Origin: Deltaproteobacteria bacterium
Lineage (GTDB): Bacteria > Myxococcota > Kuafuiibacteriia > Kuafuiibacteriales > Kuafuiibacteriaceae
DNA length: 64,000 nucleotides
Direction: 5' to 3'
NCBI GenBank assembly: GCA_040218735.1
Contig: JAVJQW010000012.1
Span: 416,001 to 480,000 of the forward strand
The notes below the pieces were generated by a model. It was not told the DNA's origin and did not search any database. It saw only the letters and a list, made by a program, of their open reading frames with translations. Position 1 is the stretch's first letter; each line of letters begins with the position of its first letter. The position numbers and the translations under genes were made by a program. This document shows, piece after piece, positions 10,048 to 20,100 of the stretch.

Positions 10048-11676
10048 TCATTCTTTTTCTTCGTCCGAGGGCGGGACGTGGGTGACGCGCGGGAGCTCCA
10101 CCAAGATCTTCGTGCCCTCTTGCTCGGAGGACGTCGCCCAGGCCGTACCGCCGTGGGCGATGGCGACCGCGCGCACGATGTACAGGCCGAGGCCCAGGCT
10201 CTTCGCAGCCTTCTTGCTCGAAGCGCGCTTGCGCGACTCCAGCGGCTCGAAGAGCGTCGGCAGCACCTCCTCGGGGACCGGCTCGCCGGTGTTGTGCACC
10301 GACAGCGTGACACGATCTCCGTCACCGTCCGCGGCGATCGTGACCGTGCTCCCCGGCGGCGAGTACGCGAAGGCGTTGTGCAGCAGGTTCGTCATCACCT
10401 GCGAAAGTCGGTCGGCGTCCCAGCGCCCCGCGAGGTCGCCCGACGTCTCGACGACCAGCTCGTGCTCGTCGAAGAGGCTCTTCGTCTCCTTCGCGATGTG
10501 CCGCACCAGCGTGCCCAAGTCGAGCGCCGTCGGCGTCACCGGGAGGCGACCGCCGAGGCTGCTGCGCGCGAAGTCGAGGAGGTCCTGCACGAGACGCCCC
10601 GCGCGATCGACGGACGAGCGAATGCGATCCGTCGTCTTCAGCTGCTGCGGGTTGAGCTCCCCGAACTCGGGGAGGAGCTGCGCCGCCGTCGTGACGACCT
10701 GCAGCGGGCTGCGCAGGTCGTGGCTCACGATGCCGATCAGCTGCTGCTGGAAGAAGATCTGTTCCTTCGCCCGCTCCGCTTCGCGACGACGCATCGTCAC
10801 GTCCGCGACCACACCGATGCCGGCGCCGTCCGGGTTGTCGTGACGCCCGGCGTAGAGGCGCGCCGAGAGCCAACGGTTCTGCACGGTGCGGAGCTCGATC
10901 GAGGTGTCGCCCATCGTCTCGAGCACGTCCGTGAGCTGGCGGCGAACGTCGTCCCGGTCGCTCGGGAGCACCCGCTGCGTGAGGGCGTCGAGATTTTCGA
11001 TCGTCTCGGCTCCGAACAACTGCAGCGCGAGGTCGTCACACTCGACCGCCCCGTCTTTGCGCCAGACGAACGTACCGAGCCCCGCGAGCTCGACCGCGAG
11101 CGCGAGCTTCTTCTCGCTCTGCGCGAGCGCCTGCTCCGCGTGCACCAACCCCTGAACCGTGTGGAGCAACGCGTCGTTCTGCTCGCGCATGTCCTCGAGC
11201 AGATCACTCGTCTGAAACGCCGGCTCCGTCGCAGACGACGGCAAGGAGGCGTGCGCGGGCGTGGCTAGCGGGGCCTTGTCGACGTACTTCTTCAGCTCGA
11301 CGCGCGTCCCCGACGGCGCGGTCTGCACGGACATCTCGTCGACGAGCGCACGTGTTCCGGCGAGTCCGCGACCGAGCCCGCGCTCCGACGTCGCGTCCCC
11401 GGCGAGCGCTGCGTCGAGATCGTCGATCCCCGGACCGTCGTCTTCGATGCACGCGACGACCGCGGGGCGCCCTTCCGCCGCGTGTTGCAGCTCGAGTCGT
11501 CCGTTCGATGCGTACAGGAGCGCGTTGCGCGCGATCTCCGAGACCGCCGTTGCGAAGCGTGTCTGGTCGAGGAGCTTGAGCCCCGCGTTCCGCGCGTACC
11601 GGCGTGCGAGGCGGCGGGCGGCGACCACGTTGGCCGCGGAGTCGATGATGATCGTCCGGTGATCTTCCTTGCTCAT
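10048..11676 (-). CDS. Sensor histidine kinase with N-terminal RsbT-like HATPase domain (stressosome output)
   Basis: N-terminal TAVSEIARNALLY, DDGPGI, GLGRGL; PAS-like middle; H-box VSHDLRSPL, NLLHNA, LGLGLYI. Confidence 0.9.
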   Translation of the reverse strand: MSKEDHRTIIIDSAANVVAARRLARRYARNAGLKLLDQTRFATAVSEIARNALLYASNGRLELQHAAEGRPAVVACIEDDGPGIDDLDAALAGDATSERGLGRGLAGTRALVDEMSVQTAPSGTRVELKKYVDKAPLATPAHASLPSSATEPAFQTSDLLEDMREQNDALLHTVQGLVHAEQALAQSEKKLALAVELAGLGTFVWRKDGAVECDDLALQLFGAETIENLDALTQRVLPSDRDDVRRQLTDVLETMGDTSIELRTVQNRWLSARLYAGRHDNPDGAGIGVVADVTMRRREAERAKEQIFFQQQLIGIVSHDLRSPLQVVTTAAQLLPEFGELNPQQLKTTDRIRSSVDRAGRLVQDLLDFARSSLGGRLPVTPTALDLGTLVRHIAKETKSLFDEHELVVETSGDLAGRWDADRLSQVMTNLLHNAFAYSPPGSTVTIAADGDGDRVTLSVHNTGEPVPEEVLPTLFEPLESRKRASSKKAAKSLGLGLYIVRAVAIAHGGTAWATSSEQEGTKILVELPRVTHVPPSDEEKE

Positions 11677-12677
11677 CAGCTCATCCCTCTTCGAATCACC
11701 GCGATGGAAGCGTCGTCCGTGCGACGTTCGTGGTCACGGTAGTAGAGCGCAGCGATCGTCGACGCGCGACGCGCGATCAAGCCGGGGAACGAACGCGGCT
11801 CGCGGATCTGGCGCACGCCGTCGGAGTGGAGCACGCAGACGTCGTCCGCTCCGAACGCGATGGTGTCGGTCTTCAGTCTTCGCAACGCGGAGCCGGCCGT
11901 ACCGTGCGTCGCGGCGATTCGGGTGTCGCGCTCCGCACCGAGGACGAAGACGTCGATGTTACCGAGCGTGCAGATTCGAACGTCTTCGCCGGAGAACGTC
12001 GCCACGCCGACCACCGCGCCCCGGGCGCCGCGGAGGGCCTCGTGGAGCGCGCGCACGGTCGACTCCGGCTCGGGATCCTCGACGGCGTCGAACGCCGCGA
12101 TCGCCTGGTCCGCGATCTCCGCCGCGCGGCGCCCGTGACCGAGGCCGTCCACGACACACACCGTGAAACGCTCGGGCGTGATGGTGCGGTACGCGATGGC
12201 GTCCCCCGAATGGGCCTCGCCGGGGTACGCACGGACCAAGCCACCGACGTCGTAGACCGCGTTCGTACGGGGCGTTCGTGCGGAAGCCGCGAGCACCGTG
12301 TCGACGACGGTCCCGCGCTCCGGTGCGGACGCGATGTCCGACTCCGTCGACAGACGCAGCACCGTGCCGAGGCCGTGGCCAGGGGTGTCCGCGGTCGAGT
12401 AGCCGTCGCGCGCGCAGCGCTCGACGTTGTCCATGCCGGGGCCCTGGTCGAAGACCGTGAACCGAACGGTGTCGCCCTCGCGGACGACCAGCGCCTCTCC
12501 GCCTCCTCCGTGCACGACGGCGTTGGTGCACGCTTCGGTGACGACGAGATCCATCTCCCCGATCCGCGCGGCCGTGAAGCCGAGCTGGAGCCCGAGCGCG
12601 CGCGTCGCTGCACGCACCGCAGCGGCCGCGCTCTGATCGCGGACCGGAATCGTTCGACGGAGCCCGACGCGGGTCAT
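11676..12677 (-). CDS. RsbT-like HATPase fused to a SpoIIE/PP2C phosphatase (RsbX-like)
   Basis: TEACTNAVVHGGGG, DQGPG, then SGD, VVDGLGHG, LHSDG, DDAS PP2C motifs; ATGA overlap with rsbT. Confidence 0.88.
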   Translation of the reverse strand: MTRVGLRRTIPVRDQSAAAAVRAATRALGLQLGFTAARIGEMDLVVTEACTNAVVHGGGGEALVVREGDTVRFTVFDQGPGMDNVERCARDGYSTADTPGHGLGTVLRLSTESDIASAPERGTVVDTVLAASARTPRTNAVYDVGGLVRAYPGEAHSGDAIAYRTITPERFTVCVVDGLGHGRRAAEIADQAIAAFDAVEDPEPESTVRALHEALRGARGAVVGVATFSGEDVRICTLGNIDVFVLGAERDTRIAATHGTAGSALRRLKTDTIAFGADDVCVLHSDGVRQIREPRSFPGLIARRASTIAALYYRDHERRTDDASIAVIRRGMS

Positions 12678-13078
12678 GCTCGACCGTACACCGTGGCCGC
12701 GACGTAGAGTCCAGTCGGGGAGCGGGGACGGACCGCGAACTCGTCGGCCAGTCGCCGCGAGCCGCCCAGGCCCAGACCGAGCCCGCCGGCCGTCGAAAAG
12801 CCCTTCTCGAACGCCCTGTCCAGGTCCGCGATGCCCGGACCCTCGTCTTCGAACGTGAGCTCCAGGCCTCGGCGCGCTCCGTCCTGGACCACGCGCCAAC
12901 GGCACACGCCACCGCCCGCGTGCACGAGGACGTTCCGCGCGAGCTCACTCGCGATGGTGAGCGCGCGTGTCTTCTCGAACGTGGACAGACCGATCGAATG
13001 CGCGGCCGCCCCGACCGCGCTCCGCACGCGCGAGAGGTCCGCGCTCGACTCGATCCGAACGCGCGATGGGCTGGCTAT
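12674..13078 (-). CDS. rsbT: Stressosome Ser/Thr kinase RsbT (start codon non-canonical or uncertain)
   Basis: IASELARNVLVHAGGG, FEDEGPGIADL, GFSTAGGLGLGLGGSRRLADEF; lies between rsbS and the phosphatase. Confidence 0.88.
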   Translation of the reverse strand: MASPSRVRIESSADLSRVRSAVGAAAHSIGLSTFEKTRALTIASELARNVLVHAGGGVCRWRVVQDGARRGLELTFEDEGPGIADLDRAFEKGFSTAGGLGLGLGGSRRLADEFAVRPRSPTGLYVAATVYGRA

Positions 13079-13434
13079 GTCGCGCAGAGGGATCGGAGCT
13101 TCTCCATACCGCGATCCACGTTGAGCGCCGTGTGGATCCCGTCCAGCGTCACGCCGAGCTCCACGAGGGTCATCGCGACCTCCGGCTTCACCCCGACCAG
13201 CACGGTCTGCGCGCCGAGGATCCGCGACATCTTCGCGAGGTCCCCGAGGAGACGCCCGGCGAAGGAGTCGACGACGTCGAGCCCGGCGATGTCGATCAGC
13301 ACGCCCTGGCAGCTCGTCTTCTCGATCTGGTGGAGCAAGTCGTCTTGCAAGCGCAGCGCGAGCTCGTCGTGCATATCGATCTGCACGCTCACGAGGAGGA
13401 TGTCGCCCACGCGGAGGATCGGGATGCGGTCCAT
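13075..13434 (-). CDS. rsbS: Stressosome STAS protein RsbS
   Basis: MDRIPIL...LQDDLL...GVLIDIAGLDVVDSF (phospho-Ser)...PEVAMTLVELG. Confidence 0.95.
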   Translation of the reverse strand: MDRIPILRVGDILLVSVQIDMHDELALRLQDDLLHQIEKTSCQGVLIDIAGLDVVDSFAGRLLGDLAKMSRILGAQTVLVGVKPEVAMTLVELGVTLDGIHTALNVDRGMEKLRSLCAT

Positions 13435-13436
13435 CG

Positions 13437-14279
13437 CTACCCCTCCTTGACGACCCGATAGCCCATCCGCTCGATCGCGAACGCGAGCGCGGACCGCAAG
13501 CTGGATTGCGTCTCGATATCGCCGAGGTCAACGCCGAGCGTGACCATCGTCTGCGCGATCTGCGGACGTACGCCGGAGATCACACATCGCGTGCCCATCA
13601 AGCGCGCCGCCGACACCGTCTTCACGAGGTGCTGCGCGGTCACGGAGTCGACGGCCGGCACGCCAGTGATGTCGAGGATCGCGACCTCGGACTCACGCTT
13701 CACGATCTCTTCGAGCAAGGTCTCCATCACCTGCTGCGTGCGGGATGAGTCGAGGACGCCGATGATCGGGAGGACGAGGATTCGATCCCACACCTCGACG
13801 ACCGGCGTGGACAGCTCGAGCACTTCCTCCCGCTGGCGAGAGATGATCTCGTCGCGCTCCTCCAGGCTCACCGCTGCGACGTGCAGCCCGAGCTGGTCGA
13901 AGATCGACGTGGTGAGTCGTAGCTCCTCGGCGAGCGCCGCGCGGGACCCCAGCTCGGTCACCATGAGCGAGAACAACGCCTGCTTGAACGAAAGGACGAA
14001 CATCGCGGTGTCGACGGGCGACACGCCGAGCCGAGACCACGCCCGCGCGATGTCGGCGGTGACGGCTCTCAAGTCGTCCCATTCGTCGCCGTCGTACTCG
14101 GCGATCCCTTTGGCCATCGCGCGGTGCGCGCCGTCGATGAAGACGACGGAGCGCTCGCGGCGCTCCCGCGGCCCGACGAGGTCGGTGCGTACGGCGTCAT
14201 CCTTCACCTGGAACGACAGCCACTTTTCGAGGAGCACGTCCTCGCGGTCTCGTATGAGTTTTCCGATCGTCGTGGGCAC
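13437..14279 (-). CDS. rsbR: Stressosome co-antagonist RsbR (RsbRD_N-like + STAS)
   Basis: ELSTPVVEVWDRILVLPIIGVLDS, ILDITGVPAVDS, ISGVRPQIAQT. Confidence 0.95.
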   Translation of the reverse strand: MPTTIGKLIRDREDVLLEKWLSFQVKDDAVRTDLVGPRERRERSVVFIDGAHRAMAKGIAEYDGDEWDDLRAVTADIARAWSRLGVSPVDTAMFVLSFKQALFSLMVTELGSRAALAEELRLTTSIFDQLGLHVAAVSLEERDEIISRQREEVLELSTPVVEVWDRILVLPIIGVLDSSRTQQVMETLLEEIVKRESEVAILDITGVPAVDSVTAQHLVKTVSAARLMGTRCVISGVRPQIAQTMVTLGVDLGDIETQSSLRSALAFAIERMGYRVVKEG

Positions 14280-14365
14280 GGCCGGCTGCGAGCCTAGGAC
14301 GGCGTGCGCCGAATCGACCAGGACCTAGGCCGCAAAAGAGCGGACTCGTCGCGATGGGCCTCGTT

Positions 14366-14881
14366 TCAGAACTTGAACGTTGCACCGACGCGGCCTTCGA
14401 TCGGGATGGCCGTCGAAGGGGTCACGTACGGGCTGAAGTTGAGCTCGCCGTGGAGGAGGATCACGTCGGCGACCTCGATCTCCAGGCCACCGCCGACCGT
14501 GACGCCCAGGACGAGGTCGGCGTCGCCGCCCGGGAAGAGGATGGGCGCAGAGAGTTTTCCGTAGAGCCAGTCGAAGGGGAACACCTTCGCCTGCGGGCGG
14601 AACCCGAGGAACGTGCTCTGCGCGCGCGGGTAGACGTCCGGCTCGTCGATACCGAACACCAGCGGAATCTCCAACCGGAGCATCCCGATGTCCCAGCCCG
14701 GCCCGACGTCGAACGTGACCGGACCCCGGTCCGATGCGATGTCGTCGCTCGCGGCGAGCATGAACGAGGTGCCCGCCGAGGCCTGCACCGTGATGTCCGC
14801 GCGCGCCTCGTTGGCGACGCCGAGCGCGGCGAGGGCGCCGAGCGCGATGAGAGGGATGCGGATTCGGGTTCGGTGCGTCAT
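14366..14881 (-). CDS. Small outer-membrane beta-barrel-like protein
   Basis: Signal peptide ending ARA, amphipathic strands, C-terminal GATFKF. Confidence 0.7.
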   Translation of the reverse strand: MTHRTRIRIPLIALGALAALGVANEARADITVQASAGTSFMLAASDDIASDRGPVTFDVGPGWDIGMLRLEIPLVFGIDEPDVYPRAQSTFLGFRPQAKVFPFDWLYGKLSAPILFPGGDADLVLGVTVGGGLEIEVADVILLHGELNFSPYVTPSTAIPIEGRVGATFKF

Positions 14882-15019
14882 GAAAGTCTGTCTCCTCACT
14901 CTTCCTCAGTTGGTAGACGCGGGCCACTTTATGAGGCTGCGCCGTGCGATCGCGAACATGCGCCGGCGATCACGCTTGACCGGACCGAGCGCGAGGTCTA
15001 GGCAGCTAGCAACTTCCAT

Positions 15020-15175
15020 ACTCTTCGTGCGGCAGCAGGGAAGCCGGTGAAATTCCGGCGCGGTCCCGCCACTGTCAGCGATTCGGCCACGTTCGGGGCG
15101 TAAGCGCCCAGCCACTCGGTCACACCGGGGAAGGCGAACGCGGCAACAGGTCGCGAGCCAGGATATCTGCTCCGT
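15020..15175 (+). ncRNA. Cobalamin (AdoCbl) riboswitch
   Basis: All conserved boxes in order: AGGGAA (15037), CCGGTGAAATTCCGG, GCGGTCCCGCCACTGT, GCCACT (15111), GGGAAGG (15128), B12 box GAGCCAGGATATCTGC (15155-15170). Confidence 0.93.
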
Positions 15176-15298
15176 GCGTTTTTCCATCCGGTGGTCCCGC
15201 GAGGTTTCGGGCGAGGGTGAAACGGCGAGACGCCGCTTCTTCTCTTCGAACCTCACGAGCTCATCGGCGCCGGCGGATCAACCGGCGAAGGAGCGAAC

Positions 15299-16378
15299 GT
15301 GAATCGTCTTCGAATCAGCCTCCCCCTCGTGATCGCGCTGGCCGCCGCCTGCGGTGGCACCGAGAACCCCCTACCGCCCAATCCGTCCGGATCCCTGGAG
15401 GTCGCCGGAGCCTACGGCTCCGCCTTCGGCGAGGAGACCATCTCCGCGACGATGTGGGGCGCGACGACGATCGTGGAGTTCGACAACGACGCGAACTTCG
15501 CGATCACGCAGAACGCGGCGGACGACATGTTCAACCCGTCGGCGTTCAACCGCATCGTGTGGACGGAGCCCGACGCCAAGGGCGGGTTCTACTACTGCTT
15601 CGAGGTCTTCGGGCAGGCGACCGCCGAAGAGGCGAAGGCCGCGACCGAGATGGCGGACGCGGCCGACCCGGCGACGGGCGGGTGCGGCGGCTTCCCGTGG
15701 ACGCAGCTGTATCACGCGATCGAGATCGAGGGGCGCTACCACAGCAACTTCGGCGGCGTGGAGATCGTCTCGCACGAGCAGTTCTCGTTCATGACGGTGG
15801 TGGAGTTCGACAACGACGCGAACTTCGCCATCACGCAGAGCCCGGCCGACGACATGTTCAACCCGAACAAGTTCAGCAAGATCGTCTGGACGGAGCCGGC
15901 CAACGGCGGGTTCTTCTACTGTCAGGTCACGTTCGGCGAGGACACCGCCGAGGCCGCCAAGAACACGACCGAGATGGCGGACGACAGCAACCCGACCGTC
16001 GACGGGTGCAGCGGGTTCCCGTGGACGGAGCTCGGCCCGACGTTGGAGATCGAGGGCGAGTACGACAGCAACTTCGGCGGGACCGAGACGATCACCTCCG
16101 ACCTTTGGACCTCGTACGACGCGAGCGTCGTGCGCGAGTACGACAACGACGCGAACATCGCCTACCTGCAGCTCCCCGAGGACGCGATGTTCAACCCCGA
16201 CACCTTCGCGAAGGTGGTGTGGACGGAGCCGGACGGCGGCGCGTTCTACTACTGCTGGGTCGACTTCGGGTACGCGACGCTCGACGAAGCCAAGACGAGC
16301 ACGCAGACCTGGGACGCGAGTGATCCGGACAACTCTGGCTGCGGGGGCTTTTCGTGGACCAAGCTCACCGCGCGCTGA
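15299..16378 (+). CDS. Lipoprotein made of three tandem ~110-aa disulfide-containing repeats; riboswitch-controlled
   Basis: AAGGAG RBS, lipobox AAAC; three copies of (L/I)ExxGxYxSxFG...E(F/Y)DNDAN...MFNP...VWTEP...(F/Y)YC...GCxGFxWT. Confidence 0.88.
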   Translation: MNRLRISLPLVIALAAACGGTENPLPPNPSGSLEVAGAYGSAFGEETISATMWGATTIVEFDNDANFAITQNAADDMFNPSAFNRIVWTEPDAKGGFYYCFEVFGQATAEEAKAATEMADAADPATGGCGGFPWTQLYHAIEIEGRYHSNFGGVEIVSHEQFSFMTVVEFDNDANFAITQSPADDMFNPNKFSKIVWTEPANGGFFYCQVTFGEDTAEAAKNTTEMADDSNPTVDGCSGFPWTELGPTLEIEGEYDSNFGGTETITSDLWTSYDASVVREYDNDANIAYLQLPEDAMFNPDTFAKVVWTEPDGGAFYYCWVDFGYATLDEAKTSTQTWDASDPDNSGCGGFSWTKLTAR

Positions 16379-17049
16379 TCCTGTTGCTGCTCTGCAGCTG
16401 CGCGGGTGAAGACCCGACGCAGCTGCTCCTCGACGGCGGCCCGCGCGACGCGGGCTCGGTGCGGGACGCGGGCGTCGACACGTCGGCGCTGCCGTTTGCA
16501 CGCTCCGTGACGGCGTTCGACGACGGCGACGGCGCGGGCTTCGGCCAGGACGCGATGCCCGGCGTGGTGCTCGGACCTCCGCGCGGCGGCGGGCTCGAGG
16601 CCGGCTCGACCGACGTGGTGAGCCTCGGCGTGGGCGGAACGATCGTCGTCGGGTTCGGCGACGACACGATCGTGGACGGGCCAGGGCCCGACTTCGTGGT
16701 GTTCGAGAACGCCTTCTGGGTCCAGGGCGACCCGAGCGACGTGTTCTTCGAGCTGGGCGAGGTCTCCGTGAGCGACGACGGCGAGACCTGGCACACGTAC
16801 CCGTGTGACGCCGAGGCGACGGCGCCCCCCTGGACGGGGTGCGCCGGTTGGTCCCCCACGCGCCCGTTCGACCCGTTCGACCTCCCCCTCACCGCCGACC
16901 GAACGGGGGGCGACGCGTTCGACCTGGCCGATCTCGGGCTCGACGAGGCCCGGTTCGTGCGGATCCGCGACCTGTCCACCGAGGGGGTCCCACCGACGGC
17001 AGGGTTCGACCTCGACGCGATCGGGTTGTTGCACGTCGACGGCCTGTAG
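16354..17049 (+). CDS. Cell-surface lipoprotein (SLG..GG.IVVGF / DFVVFENAF family)
   Basis: Lipobox LCSC; motifs SLGVGGTIVVGFGD, GPGPDFVVFENAF, GEVSVSDDG, GGDAFDLADLG, RFVRIRD, GFDLDAI; overlaps the upstream gene. Confidence 0.8.
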   Translation: MDQAHRALILLLLCSCAGEDPTQLLLDGGPRDAGSVRDAGVDTSALPFARSVTAFDDGDGAGFGQDAMPGVVLGPPRGGGLEAGSTDVVSLGVGGTIVVGFGDDTIVDGPGPDFVVFENAFWVQGDPSDVFFELGEVSVSDDGETWHTYPCDAEATAPPWTGCAGWSPTRPFDPFDLPLTADRTGGDAFDLADLGLDEARFVRIRDLSTEGVPPTAGFDLDAIGLLHVDGL

Positions 17050-17146
17050 AACCTGCCACTTCTGCAAGTCGGTGCAAGCGTTCGGGGCCGGCGGGGCGCC
17101 TGCGGAGGTCTTCTCGTCTGGCCCGGATGGTGCTTAGAACGAGGGG

Positions 17147-20100
17147 ATGCCGCGCGTCGACCGACGGCGTTTCGAGGCGAGCTTCGCCCACCGACAGGTC
17201 CGTGTGGACCGTCTTCCGCGGAACCTCGTCCGCAGCCTCGAGGCGCATGGCGTCAGCCGCGCCGATCTGGAGCGCATCGCCGGTGACGACCACGTCATCC
17301 AGGGCGCCGAGTTCAACCAGCTCTACGAAGCGTTGGCGACCCGGACGCAAGGCGGCCAGCGCGTCGACACCCGGGTCAGCGAGGAACTGTTCGCCCAGCT
17401 GACCGCGCGCGCCGAGCGCAGCCCGTCGAGCACGCCGGAGCCGACGCCCACCGCGACGGCGCGGAGCACGGGGATCGGAGGGCGTCGTTCGGCGCGGCCG
17501 GGCTCGGCCGCGGACGAAACCCCGCCCGGTGCGAACGGTGTCGGGGCGAACGGTGCGGCGGCGAACGGTGTCGGTACGAACGGAACGCCGGCGGTCGCGC
17601 AGCCCGCCGACCCGGGTGCGCCCGCGGCCGCGCAGCCCGAGACCGCGGCGCCCGAGGGTCCGCCGCCCCTCGCCGAGGGTTACAACCGGCGCGAGCGGCG
17701 CATCGGCCGCGAGGACGTCGTCACCCACGCGGTGCTCGACCCCGAGACGCAGCGGACGGCGGCGGCGCTCGCGGCGCTCCCGCCCGCGACCGAGGGGCGC
17801 CACACGCCGGTGCGTGCGTTCCTCGACGCGATCGAAGCGCGCGACGAGCGAGCGCGCCTCCTCGCGGAGGGTGACCGTCGCGGCGCCGGCGCCGTGACGC
17901 GCCCCGAGGGTGTGCCGGCCGACATCTGGAACGTCACGGCGGCGCTCGATCGACGCGGGATCAGCTCGACCGACGTCCAGTTCTACCTCGCGCACGGCAC
18001 ACTCCCGGATCTGCTGAACGAGGACGGCTCCGTCGCGATGCGCGGCGCGGACCGCCTCGCGGAGCTGGAGAACGCGGCGATCCGGCGCGGCAGCTGGACG
18101 GCGGTGAACACGTTCACGTTCCTGGTGCGGATGCGCCGGTCGTCGATGGCGGCGGAGCGCGAAGCGGCCGGGCGCGTGCTCGCGACGATCCCGGAGTCGG
18201 ATCCGAGGCACGCGCAGATCACCGCGGGGATCGAGCAGAGCCGACAGCTCGACACGCAGCTCGGGCGCAGCCTCCAGTCGATGTACCGCGCCGCCACCGG
18301 CGCCCGCGAGTCGACCGGGCGCGGGCTGATCGGTCGCGCCGACGATCTCAGCCGACAGGCGCGCGAAGCGCGAAGCGGCGGCGACGAGGCGCGCGCAGTG
18401 GAGCTCGAGCAACGCGCCCAGGGCCTTCGCGATCGCGGCGCGCAGATCACGCACGCGGAGGCGGAGTACCGCTCGTCGATGCGTTCGTACCGCGCCGACG
18501 CCGGACGTCTCTATCGCCTCTCCGCCGCCGCGCAGATCTCGACCGGCGAAGAGCAGGTCCGCGCGCTCGCGACGCAGACCGGCCCGCTCCCCGAAGCGCC
18601 GCCGGCCGTGCTCGGCAACGACGACGGCACGAACACCGGCAACGGCGTGCCCGGCGCCGAGCGCCTCCTCACCACCGCGCGCGCCGTCGACCCGACGGCG
18701 GGCACCGACGACACGCAGCTCGCGCTGGAAGGACGCCGCGCCGCGGCCGTCGGTGGCTTCCACCGCGCACACCTGGACCGCGGTGGTTACTTCGATCGCG
18801 TCGACCCCGAGACCGGCGAGGTCTCGACGCGTTCGTCGGGGCTCGCGCGGCACCGCGACCTCTACCTCGGCGCGCGCGTCGATCAGGCGAACGCGGCGAC
18901 CGGGCGCCTCGCGCTCGCGCGCGCGGAAGAACCAAGCACCGACCGCGACCTGCGCATCTCCTCTCTGGAGGCGGAGCGTCGCGGCGTCGCGGAGGAGCTG
19001 TCGCGTGATCTCGGGCAGTCCCTCGCGAGTGATCGCGCGGCGACCGACGCCCGTGCGCGCGTCCGTGATCTCGACGCGGCGGTCACGAGCGCCGACGAAC
19101 AGCGCGACGGCGCACGCACCGCGGCGCGCGACGCGGACAGCGGCGTCGACAACGCCGAGAGCAACGCCTACGCGCTCCTCGGCGACACACTCAAGACCGA
19201 CGGCGAGGCGCGCCGCGACCGCGAAGGTGTGTCGGACGCCCGCACCGTTCGCAGCATCGAGCGCGGGCGCCGCGACCTCGCGGTGGTCAACGCGCGCGAG
19301 ACGCGCGAGACCCGCGACCGCGCGGTCGACGCCGAACGTGTCGCGACCACGCAGGCCCAGCGCGACCGCGAAGACGCCGCGCGTGTGCTGCGCGCCGCGC
19401 AGCGCCTCGAGACCGGCGAGATCTCCGCGACGGTCCCGACGACGACCGAAGAAGGCTACCGCTTCGCGCGTGGGATGGCGGACCGAAGCGCGCGCGCCGA
19501 GACGAGCGCCCTGGACCGCGCGGCGCTGTCGATCCCCGAGAGCGCGCCCGCCGATCACCGCGACCGCCTCACGGTCGCGAGCCGCCGCGTGGACCTGTCG
19601 CGCTATTGGACGCGCAGCGCGGAGGGCGAAGCCGTCGCGCTCGGCGACGCCGGCCGGAGCGGTGCGACGGGACGCCTCGATCGTGCATCGCGGTTGATCA
19701 GTCAGTCCGACGCCACACGCCTCACCCTCGACGGCGGCTCGGACGCCCGGCTCGGCCTCGCGTCGGGGTTGGTCACCGCGCGCGCCGAGCTCGCGACGGC
19801 CGAGGGCGACTACCGACCCGACGTCGCGCGGCAGCAGCTCCTCGTCGCCGAGACGACCGTAGACGGCGACCTCGCCCTCGACCGCGATCGCGCCGGACGG
19901 GCCTACGGCGAGATCGGCGTCGCGGCGACCGCGGCGCTCGCGCGCAGCGAGTCTCGGTTCGACGCGATCCTCGACAGCGGCAACCACGTCCCCGGCGCAG
20001 CGGACGCGCTCTACCTCCAGGCGCATCGCATGTTCGACCCGGTGCCGTTCGTCGTCATGCCCCGCGGCATCCCGGACACGCCGGCGACACGCTCGGCGCG

